Shown: piece by piece, positions 1-10,007 of the stretch | How the letters are laid out: the number at the start of each line of letters is the position of its first letter | How positions within the stretch are numbered: the stretch's first letter is position 1 | From: Verrucomicrobiaceae bacterium | GTDB taxonomy: Bacteria; Verrucomicrobiota; Verrucomicrobiia; Verrucomicrobiales; Verrucomicrobiaceae | Assembly: GCA_027484445.1 (NCBI GenBank) | Contig: JAIXSY010000038.1 | Coordinates: forward strand, 3,915-67,914 | Direction of reading: 5' to 3' | DNA length: 64,000 bases | The notes under the pieces: model-generated | The model's input: the letters and a program-made list of their open reading frames with translations, nothing else | The model's database searches: none | Told to the model about the DNA's origin: nothing | Position numbers and translations under genes: made by a program

Positions 1-3000
1 CCGGTCTCTGGGACTGGAAGGCGGGTTATGAGGCCTGCGAAGCCGCAACTGTTCACTTTCTGCGGAAGTTCGGCCCGGCCATCTTCAGCAAGTCCGACAC
101 GCCTGCGGCGCGACTGGCCGTGCTGTCGAAGATCACGGGTCTCCTCCCCAGCCAGACCCGCCGCTCTGAAGAAAGCCAAGCGCTGCAACAATTCTCCACC
201 CCGGTGACACTCGGGCTGGCGGCTTTGACCGCCGCCTCCATCACGCCACAGGACATCGTGCTGGAGCCTTCAGCGGGCACGGGCCTTCTGGCAGTGCTTT
301 CCGAGGTCGCGGGCGGACGGCTGATCCTCAACGAACTCGCCGAAACCCGCGCGGATCTTCTCGCCTCCCTCTTTCCGGGTCTTCCTGTTACCCGGTTCGA
401 TGCTGCGCAGATCCATGACCATCTGGATGCCGCCGCCATCCCGTCCGTCGTCTTGATGAACCCACCCTTTTCGGCGATGGCGAATGTCACGGGGCGCGTC
501 CAAGATGCAGCCTTCCGCCACATCGCCTCAGCGCTTGCCCGTCTCGCTCCCGGTGGTCGGCTGGTGACGATCACCGGCGCCAACTTCGGCCCTGACCAAC
601 CCGCCTGGCGCGAGGCTTTCGCCCGCTTGCAGGAGGTCGGAACGGTGGTGTTCTCGGCCGCGATTGATGGCTCGGTCTATGCCCGCCATGGCACGACATT
701 TCCGACGCGGCTCACGGTGATCGACAAGATGCCTGCGGCCGATCCCGCTCGCTTTCCGGCTTCGCCGGGAATGGCGCCGGATGTCGCGACACTCCTCGGC
801 TGGGTTGAGACGCAGGTTCCGCCGCGACTGATCGTTGATTTGCCGAAGCCTTCTGCGCCTTCGCTGCCTGCGGCGCGCTCGGTTCGGGGCTATCTCGCCC
901 GCGGTACTTCGGCCGCCTCTGCGCGGGTGTCGCCCAAGACGGTGGATGCCGTCGACTTGGGCTACGATATCATCGACGCCGAGCCGGCAGCGCCGATGCG
1001 CCTGTCCGACGCGATCTATGAAGAATACCGGCTCCAGTCGATCAGCATCCCCGGTGCCGTGCCGCACCCGACCAAGCTGGTGCAATCCGCTGCCATGGCC
1101 TCGGTCGCGCCGCCCCGCCCGTCCTATCGGCCGAAGCTTCCGTCTGACATCTGCGCCCGCCTTTCCGATGCGCAGCTTGAGACGGTGATCTATGCCGGCG
1201 AGGCGCATTCCGACCATCTGGCCGGTGCCTGGACCGTCGATGAGACCTTTGACACGGTCAGCGCTGCGGCCGATGGGGCTGCAGGAGCAGTCCGCTTTCG
1301 GCGCGGCTTCATGCTCGGCGACGGCACCGGGGCAGGGAAGGGCCGGCAATCCGCCGGGATCATCCTCGACAACTGGCTGCGCGGTCGTCGCAAGGCGGTC
1401 TGGATCTCGAAATCCGACAAGCTGATCGAGGACGCACAGCGTGACTGGTCGGCCCTGGGACAAGAACGCCTCCTCGTCACGCCGCTGTCGCGCTTTGCCC
1501 AAGGCAAGCCGATCACGCTCACCGAAGGCATCCTCTTCACCACTTACGCGACGCTGCGGTCCGACGAGCGCGGCGAAAAGGTCTCGCGCGTCCGCCAGAT
1601 CGTCGATTGGCTCGGACGCGACTTCAATGGGGTCATCATCTTCGATGAGAGCCACGCCATGCAGAACGCGGGCGGCGGCAAGGGCGAACGCGGCGATGTT
1701 GAGGCCTCGCAGCAGGGCAGTGCGGGCCTGCGCCTGCAGCACGCGCTGCCCGATGCCCGGGTCGTCTATGTCTCGGCGACTGGGGCGACGACCGTTCACA
1801 ACCTCGCCTATGCACAGCGGCTCGGCCTCTGGGGCGGCGAGGATTTCCCCTTCGCCACCCGGGCCGAATTCGTCGAGGCCATCGAAGCCGGCGGGGTCGC
1901 GGCCATGGAGGTCTTGGCCCGCGATCTGCGTGCCCTCGGCCTCTATACGGCACGGTCGCTCTCCTATGACGGTGTCGAGTACGAGCTGGTCGAGCATCAG
2001 CTGACCGACGAGCAGCGGCGCATCTATGATGCCTATGCCGGCGCTTTCGCGGTCATCCACAACAATCTCGATGCCGCGATGGAGGCGACGAACATCACCG
2101 ACTCTGACGGCACGTTGAACCGGCAGGCCAAGTCGGCAGCGCGCTCAGCCTTTGAATCCACCAAGCAGCGCTTCTTCGGCCACCTGCTGACCAGCATGAA
2201 GACCCCGACCCTGATCCGGTCGATCACAGCCGACCTTGCTGCAGGTCGTGCCGCGGTCATCCAGATCGTCTCGACTGGCGAGGCGCTGATGGAACGGCGG
2301 CTCGCCGAGATCCCGACCGACGAGTGGAATGACCTGGCGGTTGACGTCACTCCCAGGGAGTACGTTGGCAGTTACTTGCAGCATTCCTTCCCGGTTCAGC
2401 TCTACGAGCCCTTTTCGGACGGCGAGGGCAACCTGTCGTCGCGCCCCGTGTTCCGCGACGGCCAGCCGGTGGAATGTCGCGAGGCGGTGCGTCGGCGCGA
2501 CGAGATGCTGGAGCAGCTCGGCTCTCTGCCCCCAGTGCCGGGGGCACTCGATCAGGTGGTCCAGCACTTCGGGACAGAGATGGTGGCGGAGGTGACGGGA
2601 AGGTCCCGGCGCATCATCCGCAAGGGCGAAGGCTCTGCCTCCCGCCTCGCGGTCGAGAACCGCGCGCCTTCCGCCAATCTTGCCGAGACCACGGCCTTCA
2701 TGGATGACCACAAGCAGATCCTGATCTTCTCGGATGCAGGCGGCACCGGGCGCAGTTATCACGCCGAGCTTTCGGCGAAGAACCAGCGGTTGCGGGTCCA
2801 CTATCTGCTTGAACCCGGCTGGAAAGCTGACGCGGCCATTCAGGGCCTCGGGCGCACCAACCGGACGAACCAGGCGCAGCCGCCGCTGTTCCGGCCAATC
2901 TCGACCGATGTGAAGGCGGAGAAGCGTTTCCTCAGCACGATTGCCCGGCGGCTCGATACGCTTGGTGCCATCACCCGCGGCCAGCGGCAGACGGGAGGGC

Positions 3001-4151
3001 AGGGGTTGTTTCGCCCCGAGGACAACCTCGAGTCGCCCTATGCCCGCGACGCGCTGCGTCAGCTTTACCTCCTGATCGTGCGCGGCAAGATCGACGGCTG
3101 CTCGCTGCAGCGGTTCGAGGCAGCGACAGGTCTGAAGCTGATGGATGCGAACGGCATCAAGGACGACCTGCCGCCGATCACGACCTTCTTAAACCGGCTT
3201 TTGGCGCTGGCCATCGAGTTGCAGGGCATCCTCTTCTCGGCCTTCGAACAGCTTCTGGAGGCGCGGATCGACGGGGCGATGGCGTCGGGCACCTATGACA
3301 TCGGGCTGGAAACGCTGCGGGCTGAGAGCTTCACCGTCACCGACCGGCAGGTGATCTATACCCACCCGACGACCGGGGCGGAGACCCGGCTTCTCTCCAT
3401 CACGGAACGACGTCGGAACCGGCCACGCCTGCTGGACGAAGCCCTGAGCGAACTCGACGATCCGCGGGCCAAGCTTCTCATCAACGAGAAGTCGGGCCGG
3501 GCAGCAGTGCAAATCCCGACAACCAGCATAATGCTGGATGACGGCGATATCGAGCGACGCGTTCGGCTGCTCCGCCCCTCAGAGGCGCAAAACATCGCCG
3601 TGCGGCTGATGGGCAGCACGAATTGGGTCGAGACCGATCGCCCAACCTTCGCCGCCGCCTGGAATGCCGAAGTCGCCGAAGTGCCTGACTTCACCGAGAG
3701 CACCCTGCATGTCGTTTCGGGTCTTCTCCTCCCGGTCTGGAAGCGCCTGCCCCAGGACGAAACCCGGGTCTACCGCCTGCAGACCGATGACGGCGAGCGG
3801 ATCATCGGGCGCAGGGTCTCGCCCGCCTGGGCCGCCACGGCGACAGGGGCAGGGGTGCCGAGCCTCTCTCCGGAACAGGCCTATGCGGCGCTGACCCTCG
3901 GCAAGACCATCCTCGATCTGGCCGAGGGCCTGCAGCTCCGCCGTGCTCGTGTCATGGGCGTGAACCGGATCGAGTTGACCGGTTTCACCGAAGGCATGCG
4001 TGACCGTCTGCGGGCTTACGGCCTCTTCAGCGAAATCATCTCGTGGAAACTGCGGTTCTTCGTTCCGGTTGGGACAGATGGCGCGGGAGTGCTTGCCAAG
4101 CTTTTCAACCTCTGGCCTATCTCCCGCATTTCTGAGCGCGAGGTTGCCTGA
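1..4151 (+). CDS. Strawberry-notch-like DNA methylase/SF2 helicase fusion (5' partial)
   Basis: The frame is open from base 3 (GLWDWKAGYEACEAA...). MTase motifs LEPSAGTG and NPPF; helicase motifs GDGTGAGKGRQ and FDESH; C-terminal QGLGRTNRTNQ. Confidence 0.9.
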   Translation, partial: GLWDWKAGYEACEAATVHFLRKFGPAIFSKSDTPAARLAVLSKITGLLPSQTRRSEESQALQQFSTPVTLGLAALTAASITPQDIVLEPSAGTGLLAVLSEVAGGRLILNELAETRADLLASLFPGLPVTRFDAAQIHDHLDAAAIPSVVLMNPPFSAMANVTGRVQDAAFRHIASALARLAPGGRLVTITGANFGPDQPAWREAFARLQEVGTVVFSAAIDGSVYARHGTTFPTRLTVIDKMPAADPARFPASPGMAPDVATLLGWVETQVPPRLIVDLPKPSAPSLPAARSVRGYLARGTSAASARVSPKTVDAVDLGYDIIDAEPAAPMRLSDAIYEEYRLQSISIPGAVPHPTKLVQSAAMASVAPPRPSYRPKLPSDICARLSDAQLETVIYAGEAHSDHLAGAWTVDETFDTVSAAADGAAGAVRFRRGFMLGDGTGAGKGRQSAGIILDNWLRGRRKAVWISKSDKLIEDAQRDWSALGQERLLVTPLSRFAQGKPITLTEGILFTTYATLRSDERGEKVSRVRQIVDWLGRDFNGVIIFDESHAMQNAGGGKGERGDVEASQQGSAGLRLQHALPDARVVYVSATGATTVHNLAYAQRLGLWGGEDFPFATRAEFVEAIEAGGVAAMEVLARDLRALGLYTARSLSYDGVEYELVEHQLTDEQRRIYDAYAGAFAVIHNNLDAAMEATNITDSDGTLNRQAKSAARSAFESTKQRFFGHLLTSMKTPTLIRSITADLAAGRAAVIQIVSTGEALMERRLAEIPTDEWNDLAVDVTPREYVGSYLQHSFPVQLYEPFSDGEGNLSSRPVFRDGQPVECREAVRRRDEMLEQLGSLPPVPGALDQVVQHFGTEMVAEVTGRSRRIIRKGEGSASRLAVENRAPSANLAETTAFMDDHKQILIFSDAGGTGRSYHAELSAKNQRLRVHYLLEPGWKADAAIQGLGRTNRTNQAQPPLFRPISTDVKAEKRFLSTIARRLDTLGAITRGQRQTGGQGLFRPEDNLESPYARDALRQLYLLIVRGKIDGCSLQRFEAATGLKLMDANGIKDDLPPITTFLNRLLALAIELQGILFSAFEQLLEARIDGAMASGTYDIGLETLRAESFTVTDRQVIYTHPTTGAETRLLSITERRRNRPRLLDEALSELDDPRAKLLINEKSGRAAVQIPTTSIMLDDGDIERRVRLLRPSEAQNIAVRLMGSTNWVETDRPTFAAAWNAEVAEVPDFTESTLHVVSGLLLPVWKRLPQDETRVYRLQTDDGERIIGRRVSPAWAATATGAGVPSLSPEQAYAALTLGKTILDLAEGLQLRRARVMGVNRIELTGFTEGMRDRLRAYGLFSEIISWKLRFFVPVGTDGAGVLAKLFNLWPISRISEREVA

Positions 4152-5215
4152 TGTCCCGTATTGATGCCGCAGAACTGGCGGAGCGCCTTGGCGAACAAGC
4201 CGAAGATGTCTGCCGACACTATCTCTCGAACGGGCGCAGACAGGGCAATTACTGGCTGGTCGGCGATGTACGCAACGCCGCGGGCCGCTCGATGTTCGTC
4301 CGCCTCAAACGGCCGGCTGCGGGGAAGGGCGCGGCTGGAAAATGGCAGGATCCGGCCGAAGGAGGCCACGGCGACCTTCTCGATGTCATCCGCGAAAGCC
4401 TTGGGCTAAGCAACTTCCCCGACGTGCTCGAAGAGGCCCGGCGCTTTCTCAGTCTGCCGAGGCAGGACTCCGTACCGAAGACCGCGACACCGAAGCAACC
4501 AGCCGCACCAACTGGATCGTCAGAAGCGGCACGGCGGCTCCTCGGCATGGCCAGTCCGCTCAAAGGCTCGCTGGCGGCCACCTATTTGCGGGGCCGGGGC
4601 ATCACCGATCTGCGCGATACGAGCGCCCTCAGATTCCACCCCAACTGCTACTATCGGGGGGAGGGCGAGGATCAGACCGAGACCTGGCCCGCCATGATCG
4701 CCGCTGTCACCGACCTCGATAGCAAGGTCACGGGCGTGCACCGCACCTGGCTCGCACGCGACGGCAGCGGTAAGGCACCTGTCGACACACAGCGGAAGGC
4801 GATGGGGGAGCTCCTCGGCCACGCGGTCAGGTTCGGGGTGGCCAAAGAGGTAATTGCGGCGGGGGAGGGGATCGAGACCGTGCTATCCCTCCGTCAGGCT
4901 CTGTCCAAGATGCCGATGGTTGCAGCGCTGTCGGCCGGACACCTCGCAGCCCTCCAGTTTCCGGCACATCTGCGCAGGCTCTATATCGTCCGCGACAACG
5001 ATCCCGCCGGGGACGGTGCAAGGGATAGCCTGATCGCCCGGGCCCATGAGGTTGGCATCGAGGCTCTGACGCTGTCGCCCATGGCGGGGGATTTCAACGA
5101 CGATCTCACCACCCGCGGCCTGGACGCGATCAGGGCGCATATCCGGGTGCAGCTCGCCCCCGAGGACGTCAGCCGCTTCCTGGGCACCGATCCTCTGACG
5201 CGGCGAAGGGGGTGA
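4151..5215 (+). CDS. Toprim-domain primase-like protein
   Basis: AGEGIETVLS and RDNDPAG toprim motifs. N-terminal CRHYLSNGRR...GKW.D domain typical of these backbones. Start abuts the upstream stop. Confidence 0.85.
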   Translation: MSRIDAAELAERLGEQAEDVCRHYLSNGRRQGNYWLVGDVRNAAGRSMFVRLKRPAAGKGAAGKWQDPAEGGHGDLLDVIRESLGLSNFPDVLEEARRFLSLPRQDSVPKTATPKQPAAPTGSSEAARRLLGMASPLKGSLAATYLRGRGITDLRDTSALRFHPNCYYRGEGEDQTETWPAMIAAVTDLDSKVTGVHRTWLARDGSGKAPVDTQRKAMGELLGHAVRFGVAKEVIAAGEGIETVLSLRQALSKMPMVAALSAGHLAALQFPAHLRRLYIVRDNDPAGDGARDSLIARAHEVGIEALTLSPMAGDFNDDLTTRGLDAIRAHIRVQLAPEDVSRFLGTDPLTRRRG

Positions 5216-5332
5216 TCGGGCAGGGTCCGAGCTCCTCATGGGCAAACAGGATGCGGTTTCCTCATCGGGACCGCGCCTCGGCCGTTGAGAGGGCGAGCGG
5301 CCCATAAACGGCCCGGTCAGGCAATGGCGGCG

Positions 5333-5391
5333 CCCGACTATTTTCCGCTGGCGGCAGAGCCGCCTTTGCATCGCGAGGCAAAATAGTCGGG
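5333..5391. promoter_or_regulatory. Branched inverted repeat upstream of the DUF2493 gene
   Basis: 12-bp perfect arms CCCGACTATTTT (5333-5344) and AAAATAGTCGGG (5380-5391) enclose inner hairpins GGCGGC-AGA-GCCGCC and TTGC...GCAA. Confidence 0.55.
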
Positions 5392-5501
5392 CTTGGCCAT
5401 CAAGGCCCTCGCAAAAGGCTCGGGCTGCCAGACCGGACCGCCCATGGGCTTTTCGTCGCCAGAAGGCCGCGACGGACGCGGTCCAGACGAAGGAGCATCC
5501 C

Positions 5502-6428
5502 ATGTACGCCCACGAAGAGTTCGAACCCGATCACACCTCCTCGCCGACCGATCACATGATCGAATCCCTGCAGCTTTTTGGCTACCGTCCGGGCGCGGAC
5601 GAGGCCGATCCCCGGATCACGCCCGAAGATCACGTCGTCCAGACCGCCGTCGCCGATATCTTCGACGCCCTCATCGCCACCATGGCCGACACGAGCCTCG
5701 ATGCCGACCTCAACGAAATCCTGTGGTCGACCGTCAACACCTTTCACCGCGCCGCCGAGCGGATCGAGACCAGGCTCGACGATAACGAGCAAGCGCAGAA
5801 ACGCCTTCAGCGCGAACAGGATGGCTCCGAGGTGAAATCCGTCCAGCTCGAAACCCTGATCGACATCGGGCAGAGCCTGATCGACCGGAGGGAAAGCCTG
5901 GAACTCTTCCGTGAAACCGCCGCTGACCTTTACCTCAGGACCACCGGCACCCACTGGTCACCGCGCTCGGGCTCGCGGACCAGCCATCGCCACCTGACCG
6001 CCGCGATGATCGACAGCCGCGACTTCATCGCCGCAAAGAAGCGCGCCGAGACCGAAAGCTTGGTGCCACCCGGACCCAAGGTTGCCTTCTCGGGAGGGGA
6101 CACCACCGATCACCGGATGATCTGGGATCGTCTGGATCAGATCCACGCCAAACACCCCGACATGGTGCTCTTGCATGGCGGGTCTCCCAAGGGCGCTGAG
6201 CGCATCGCGGCCACCTGGGCCTCAAACCGCAAGGTGCCGCAGGTGGCCTTCAAGCCGGACTGGACCAAACACGCCAAGGCCGCGCCCTTCAAACGCAACG
6301 ACCAGATGCTGGACTGCATGCCGATCGGCGTCGTGGTCTTCCCGGGCACGGGCATCCAGGACAACCTCGCCGACAAAGCCCGCAAGATGGGCATCCCGGT
6401 GTATCGTATGGCGACTGGCAGCGCGTGA
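5502..6428 (+). CDS. DUF2493 (YspA/SLOG-like) domain protein
   Basis: C-terminal VLLHGGSPKGAERIA...APFKRNDQML...FPGTGI signature. RBS AAGGAG precedes the ATG. Confidence 0.8.
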   Translation: MYAHEEFEPDHTSSPTDHMIESLQLFGYRPGADEADPRITPEDHVVQTAVADIFDALIATMADTSLDADLNEILWSTVNTFHRAAERIETRLDDNEQAQKRLQREQDGSEVKSVQLETLIDIGQSLIDRRESLELFRETAADLYLRTTGTHWSPRSGSRTSHRHLTAAMIDSRDFIAAKKRAETESLVPPGPKVAFSGGDTTDHRMIWDRLDQIHAKHPDMVLLHGGSPKGAERIAATWASNRKVPQVAFKPDWTKHAKAAPFKRNDQMLDCMPIGVVVFPGTGIQDNLADKARKMGIPVYRMATGSA

Positions 6429-6512
6429 GCGCTGCCGAAGCGTCTCGCCGTAAAGGTCTTGTTCTAAAATGGATTCCAGCTACGGTTGCACAAAAAATGT
6501 TGGGAGCAGTTC

Positions 6513-9500
6513 ATGTTTGATCAGATCATTTCCAAGTACGGCATAACCGCCAAGGCTAAGCTCTCGAACCCTGCCATCACTGGCGCCCCGGAGGACAACA
6601 TCCGGGCGCCCCTCGAAGAACTGATCACAGCGTTGGCAGAGGCCGCAGGCCAGCAGCCCGGTTGGGTCACGCTTGTCGGCGAAAGCACCCTTTCCGCCCT
6701 TGGGACACGGCCTGACTATGCTGTCACCGTTCGCAGCGCTCTGACCGGCTTCATTGAACTGAAAGCCCCAGGCAAAGGGGCAGATCCGCGCAAGTTCACC
6801 GATCCTCATGACAAGCGTCAGTGGCAGAAGCTGAAGTCACTGCCGAACCTCATCTACAGCGACGGTCAGTCGTTCAGCCTCTGGCAGAACGGCGCGATTG
6901 TCGGTCAGATCATTCATCTCTCCGGTGATCTGGACACAGCGGGTGCCAAGCTTACCGCCCCGCAGACGCTCGTCACTCTCCTGACGGACTTCCTGAGCTG
7001 GAGCCCGATCCCGCCCGACAGCCCGCGCAAACTGGCCGAGGTCTCGGCTCGCCTGTGCCGTCTGTTGCGTGACGAGGTTCTGGAAGAACTGGAAAATGGC
7101 ACCCAAAGCCTGACCGATCTTGCCACCGAATGGCGGGGGCTACTCTTTCCGCAGGCTGATGATGCGCAGTTCGCCGACGGCTATGCGCAGGCGGTGACTT
7201 TTGGACTGTTGATGGCGCGGGCACAGGACATTCCTTTGGACAAGGGTATCGCGCATGCCGCCCTCGCGCTGCGCGACACGAACACGCTGATCGGCACCGC
7301 GCTGCGCCTGCTGACGGACGATCCGCAGACCCAGAAGGCCCTTTCCACCGCAATCTCGACCCTGACCCGTGTGCTGCATGAGGTGCATTGGCCCACCCTC
7401 TCCAAGGGCAAGCCCGATGCCTGGCTCTACTTTTACGAAGATTTCCTCGAGGTCTACGACAACGCCCTGCGCAAGAAGACCGGCAGCTACTACACCCCGC
7501 CCGAGGTGGTGCAGGCCATGGTCCGCCTGACGGACGAGGCGTTGCGCGACCCCGCTCTGTTCGGCCGCCATGAAGGCCTTGCCGCCAAGGATGTGACCAT
7601 CGCCGATCCGGCGACGGGCACCGGCACCTTCCTTCTGGGCGTGTTGCGCAAGATCGCCGAGACGGTGGCCGATGATCAGGGCGCGGGCGCTGTTGGCCCA
7701 GCCTTGGGCGCAGCCGCGCATCGACTTATCGGGTTCGAATTGCAATTCGGCCCCTTCGCGGTGGCGCAGTTGCGGCTGATGGCGGAAATGCGTGCGCTGA
7801 TGGGGGTGTCGTCCACGGGTAGCGGGTCAGGCGCCAACCTGCCGCAGCCCAGACTGTTCGTGACCGACACGCTTGGCGATCCCTATGCGGCGCAGACACA
7901 GTTCTCGACCATGCTGGCCCCTATCGGCAATTCGCGGAAAGAGGCGAATGCCATCAAGCGGGACGAGCCGATCACGGTTGTCATAGGCAACCCGCCTTAC
8001 AAGGAAAAGGCCAAGGGGCGCGGCGGGTGGGTGGAAAAAGGCAGCGATGGCCGCGCCGCCCCGATGAAGCATTGGGACTTGCCAAAGGCATGGGGTCGAG
8101 GCGCTCATGCAAAGCATCTAAAGAATCTTTATGTCTTCTTCTGGCGATGGGCTTCTTGGAAGGTCTTTGCCGCAGATCTTCTCGAAACCATAGGCGTAGA
8201 GCCCGATGATAGAGGCGGCATCGTCACTTACATCACGGTTTCTGGATTCTTGAACGGCCCGGGCTTCGAAAAGATGCGGATGGAGTTGCGTCGCGACTGT
8301 TCCGATATCTGGGTCATTGACTGCAGCCCTGAAGGGCACCAGCCTGAAGTGCCAACGCGCATCTTCCAAGGTGTTCAGCACCCGATCTGCATCGTTCTGG
8401 CCGCTCGCAAGAAGGGCAAGGATCGGGCGACACCGGCCAGGCTGCATGTGCGACAATTGTCGACTGGGCCGCGCAAGGACAAGTTCACAGAATTGAAGTC
8501 GATCACTTTGGCCGGTTCGGGTTGGACTGATGGCCCAAGTGAATGGCGCGCGCCCTTTCTAGCCGGATCCAAAGGCGAGTGGGCCAGCTTCCCTGCACTT
8601 GATGCGCTGTACCAATACAACGGTTCCGGGGTGATGCCCGGTAGGACCTGGGTCATTGCACCCGATGCCCAATCGCTCACTGATCGTTGGGCAAGGCTGG
8701 TGCGCGAGAAAGATCCGAAAACTAAAGAGGTTTTGTTTTATCCCCATGAAGGCGGTGATAAGACGCTGACCAAATTGACAAAGGTCGGATTGTCCGGACA
8801 TGAATTTCGGGGGACTGCTGTAGATAAAGACTTTGCAGGGCCGATCAGGCCAATCCGGTATTCTTTTCGATCGTTCGATAGGCAGTGGATCATTCCGGAC
8901 AATCGTCTGCTGAACCGCCCAAACCCCGAACTTTGGAGCGGGTTCTCGCAGGGGCAAGTCCATCTTACCGGCCTCACAAGTGCTGCCCCGTCCGATGGCC
9001 CGGCAGTATCGTTCTCTGGCTTCGTCCCCGATATGGATCACTTTTGCGGTCGGGGTGGGAGAGTATTTCCACTGTGGCGCGACGCTGCAGCCACGATTTC
9101 CAATATCAAAGCCGCGCTCCTCGTCCACCTCTCCGCCATCTACGGCAAGCCGGTATCTGCCCCTGACCTGATGGCATATATCGCGGCGCTCCTTGCTCAT
9201 CGTGCCTTCACGGCCCGGTTCAAGGATGACTTGATCCTCCCAGGCCTGCGCGTTCCGCTCACCGCAGATGCCGCCCTGTTCGACCGCGCCGTCACCCTGG
9301 GCCGCGAGGTCATCTGGTTACATACCTATGGTGAGCGTTTCGCCGACTCCTCGGCAAGTCGTCCCGCGACGCCCCCTCGGATGCCCAAAGCGCAAGGTCC
9401 AACGATCCCGGTCGGTGGCACCATCCCCGGCGCGCCGCACCCCTTGCCCGACACGATGCATCATGACCCTTCGACGGGTCGGCTGCATGTGGGGGAGGGG

Positions 9501-9872
9501 TTCATTGAAAACGTGCCAACCGCCGTGGCCGAGTATCAGGTTTCCGGCCGGAACGTCCTGCGCCAGTGGTTCAGCTATCGCAAGGCCGACCGCACCCGCC
9601 CGGTCATCGGCGACCGCCGCCCGCCATCAGCGCTGGACAAGGTCCAGCCCGATCACTGGTTGCCCGAGTATACCGAGGATCTGCTGAACCTGCTGCACGT
9701 CCTTGGCCGCCTTGTTGCACTGGAACCGGCGCAGGCCACCCTTCTCGAGGAAATATGTGCTGCACCGTTGCTCACAGAGGCGTCTCTGACGGCGGCAGGT
9801 GCATTGGTGGCGGCGCCAGTGGTGAAGGGCAAAAAGGCGAAGGCAGCGACTCAGCCCGGGTTGTTCGACTGA
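6513..9872 (+). CDS. Single-chain restriction-modification enzyme: PD-(D/E)xK nuclease, N6-adenine MTase and type ISP-like C-terminal specificity region (type IIG/IIL-like, no helicase)
   Basis: RPDY...FIELK nuclease motif, GSYYTP, DPATGTGTFL (motif I), GNPPY (motif IV), YSFRSFDRQW and YQVSGRNVLRQWFSYR. Start placed at ATG 6513 after GGGAG. Confidence 0.85.
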   Translation: MFDQIISKYGITAKAKLSNPAITGAPEDNIRAPLEELITALAEAAGQQPGWVTLVGESTLSALGTRPDYAVTVRSALTGFIELKAPGKGADPRKFTDPHDKRQWQKLKSLPNLIYSDGQSFSLWQNGAIVGQIIHLSGDLDTAGAKLTAPQTLVTLLTDFLSWSPIPPDSPRKLAEVSARLCRLLRDEVLEELENGTQSLTDLATEWRGLLFPQADDAQFADGYAQAVTFGLLMARAQDIPLDKGIAHAALALRDTNTLIGTALRLLTDDPQTQKALSTAISTLTRVLHEVHWPTLSKGKPDAWLYFYEDFLEVYDNALRKKTGSYYTPPEVVQAMVRLTDEALRDPALFGRHEGLAAKDVTIADPATGTGTFLLGVLRKIAETVADDQGAGAVGPALGAAAHRLIGFELQFGPFAVAQLRLMAEMRALMGVSSTGSGSGANLPQPRLFVTDTLGDPYAAQTQFSTMLAPIGNSRKEANAIKRDEPITVVIGNPPYKEKAKGRGGWVEKGSDGRAAPMKHWDLPKAWGRGAHAKHLKNLYVFFWRWASWKVFAADLLETIGVEPDDRGGIVTYITVSGFLNGPGFEKMRMELRRDCSDIWVIDCSPEGHQPEVPTRIFQGVQHPICIVLAARKKGKDRATPARLHVRQLSTGPRKDKFTELKSITLAGSGWTDGPSEWRAPFLAGSKGEWASFPALDALYQYNGSGVMPGRTWVIAPDAQSLTDRWARLVREKDPKTKEVLFYPHEGGDKTLTKLTKVGLSGHEFRGTAVDKDFAGPIRPIRYSFRSFDRQWIIPDNRLLNRPNPELWSGFSQGQVHLTGLTSAAPSDGPAVSFSGFVPDMDHFCGRGGRVFPLWRDAAATISNIKAALLVHLSAIYGKPVSAPDLMAYIAALLAHRAFTARFKDDLILPGLRVPLTADAALFDRAVTLGREVIWLHTYGERFADSSASRPATPPRMPKAQGPTIPVGGTIPGAPHPLPDTMHHDPSTGRLHVGEGFIENVPTAVAEYQVSGRNVLRQWFSYRKADRTRPVIGDRRPPSALDKVQPDHWLPEYTEDLLNLLHVLGRLVALEPAQATLLEEICAAPLLTEASLTAAGALVAAPVVKGKKAKAATQPGLFD

Positions 9873-9970
9873 GCGAGGCAAACAGCGGACCTCGTCCCGC
9901 AGAAGCGCAACGGCCTGGATCCCGCAACTGGTGTTTCGCCCGAGATTGAAACTGGATGAATCTGTTTTCG

Positions 9971-10002
9971 CGACTGTCCCGGCCAATAGGTCGGGGCAGT
10001 CG
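9971..10002. terminator. Hairpin between convergent RM and E1 genes
   Basis: CGACTGTCCCGGCC-AATA-GGTCGGGGCAGTCG, a stem with G.U pairs; no classical U-tract. Confidence 0.35.
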
Positions 10003-10007
10003 CCAAG

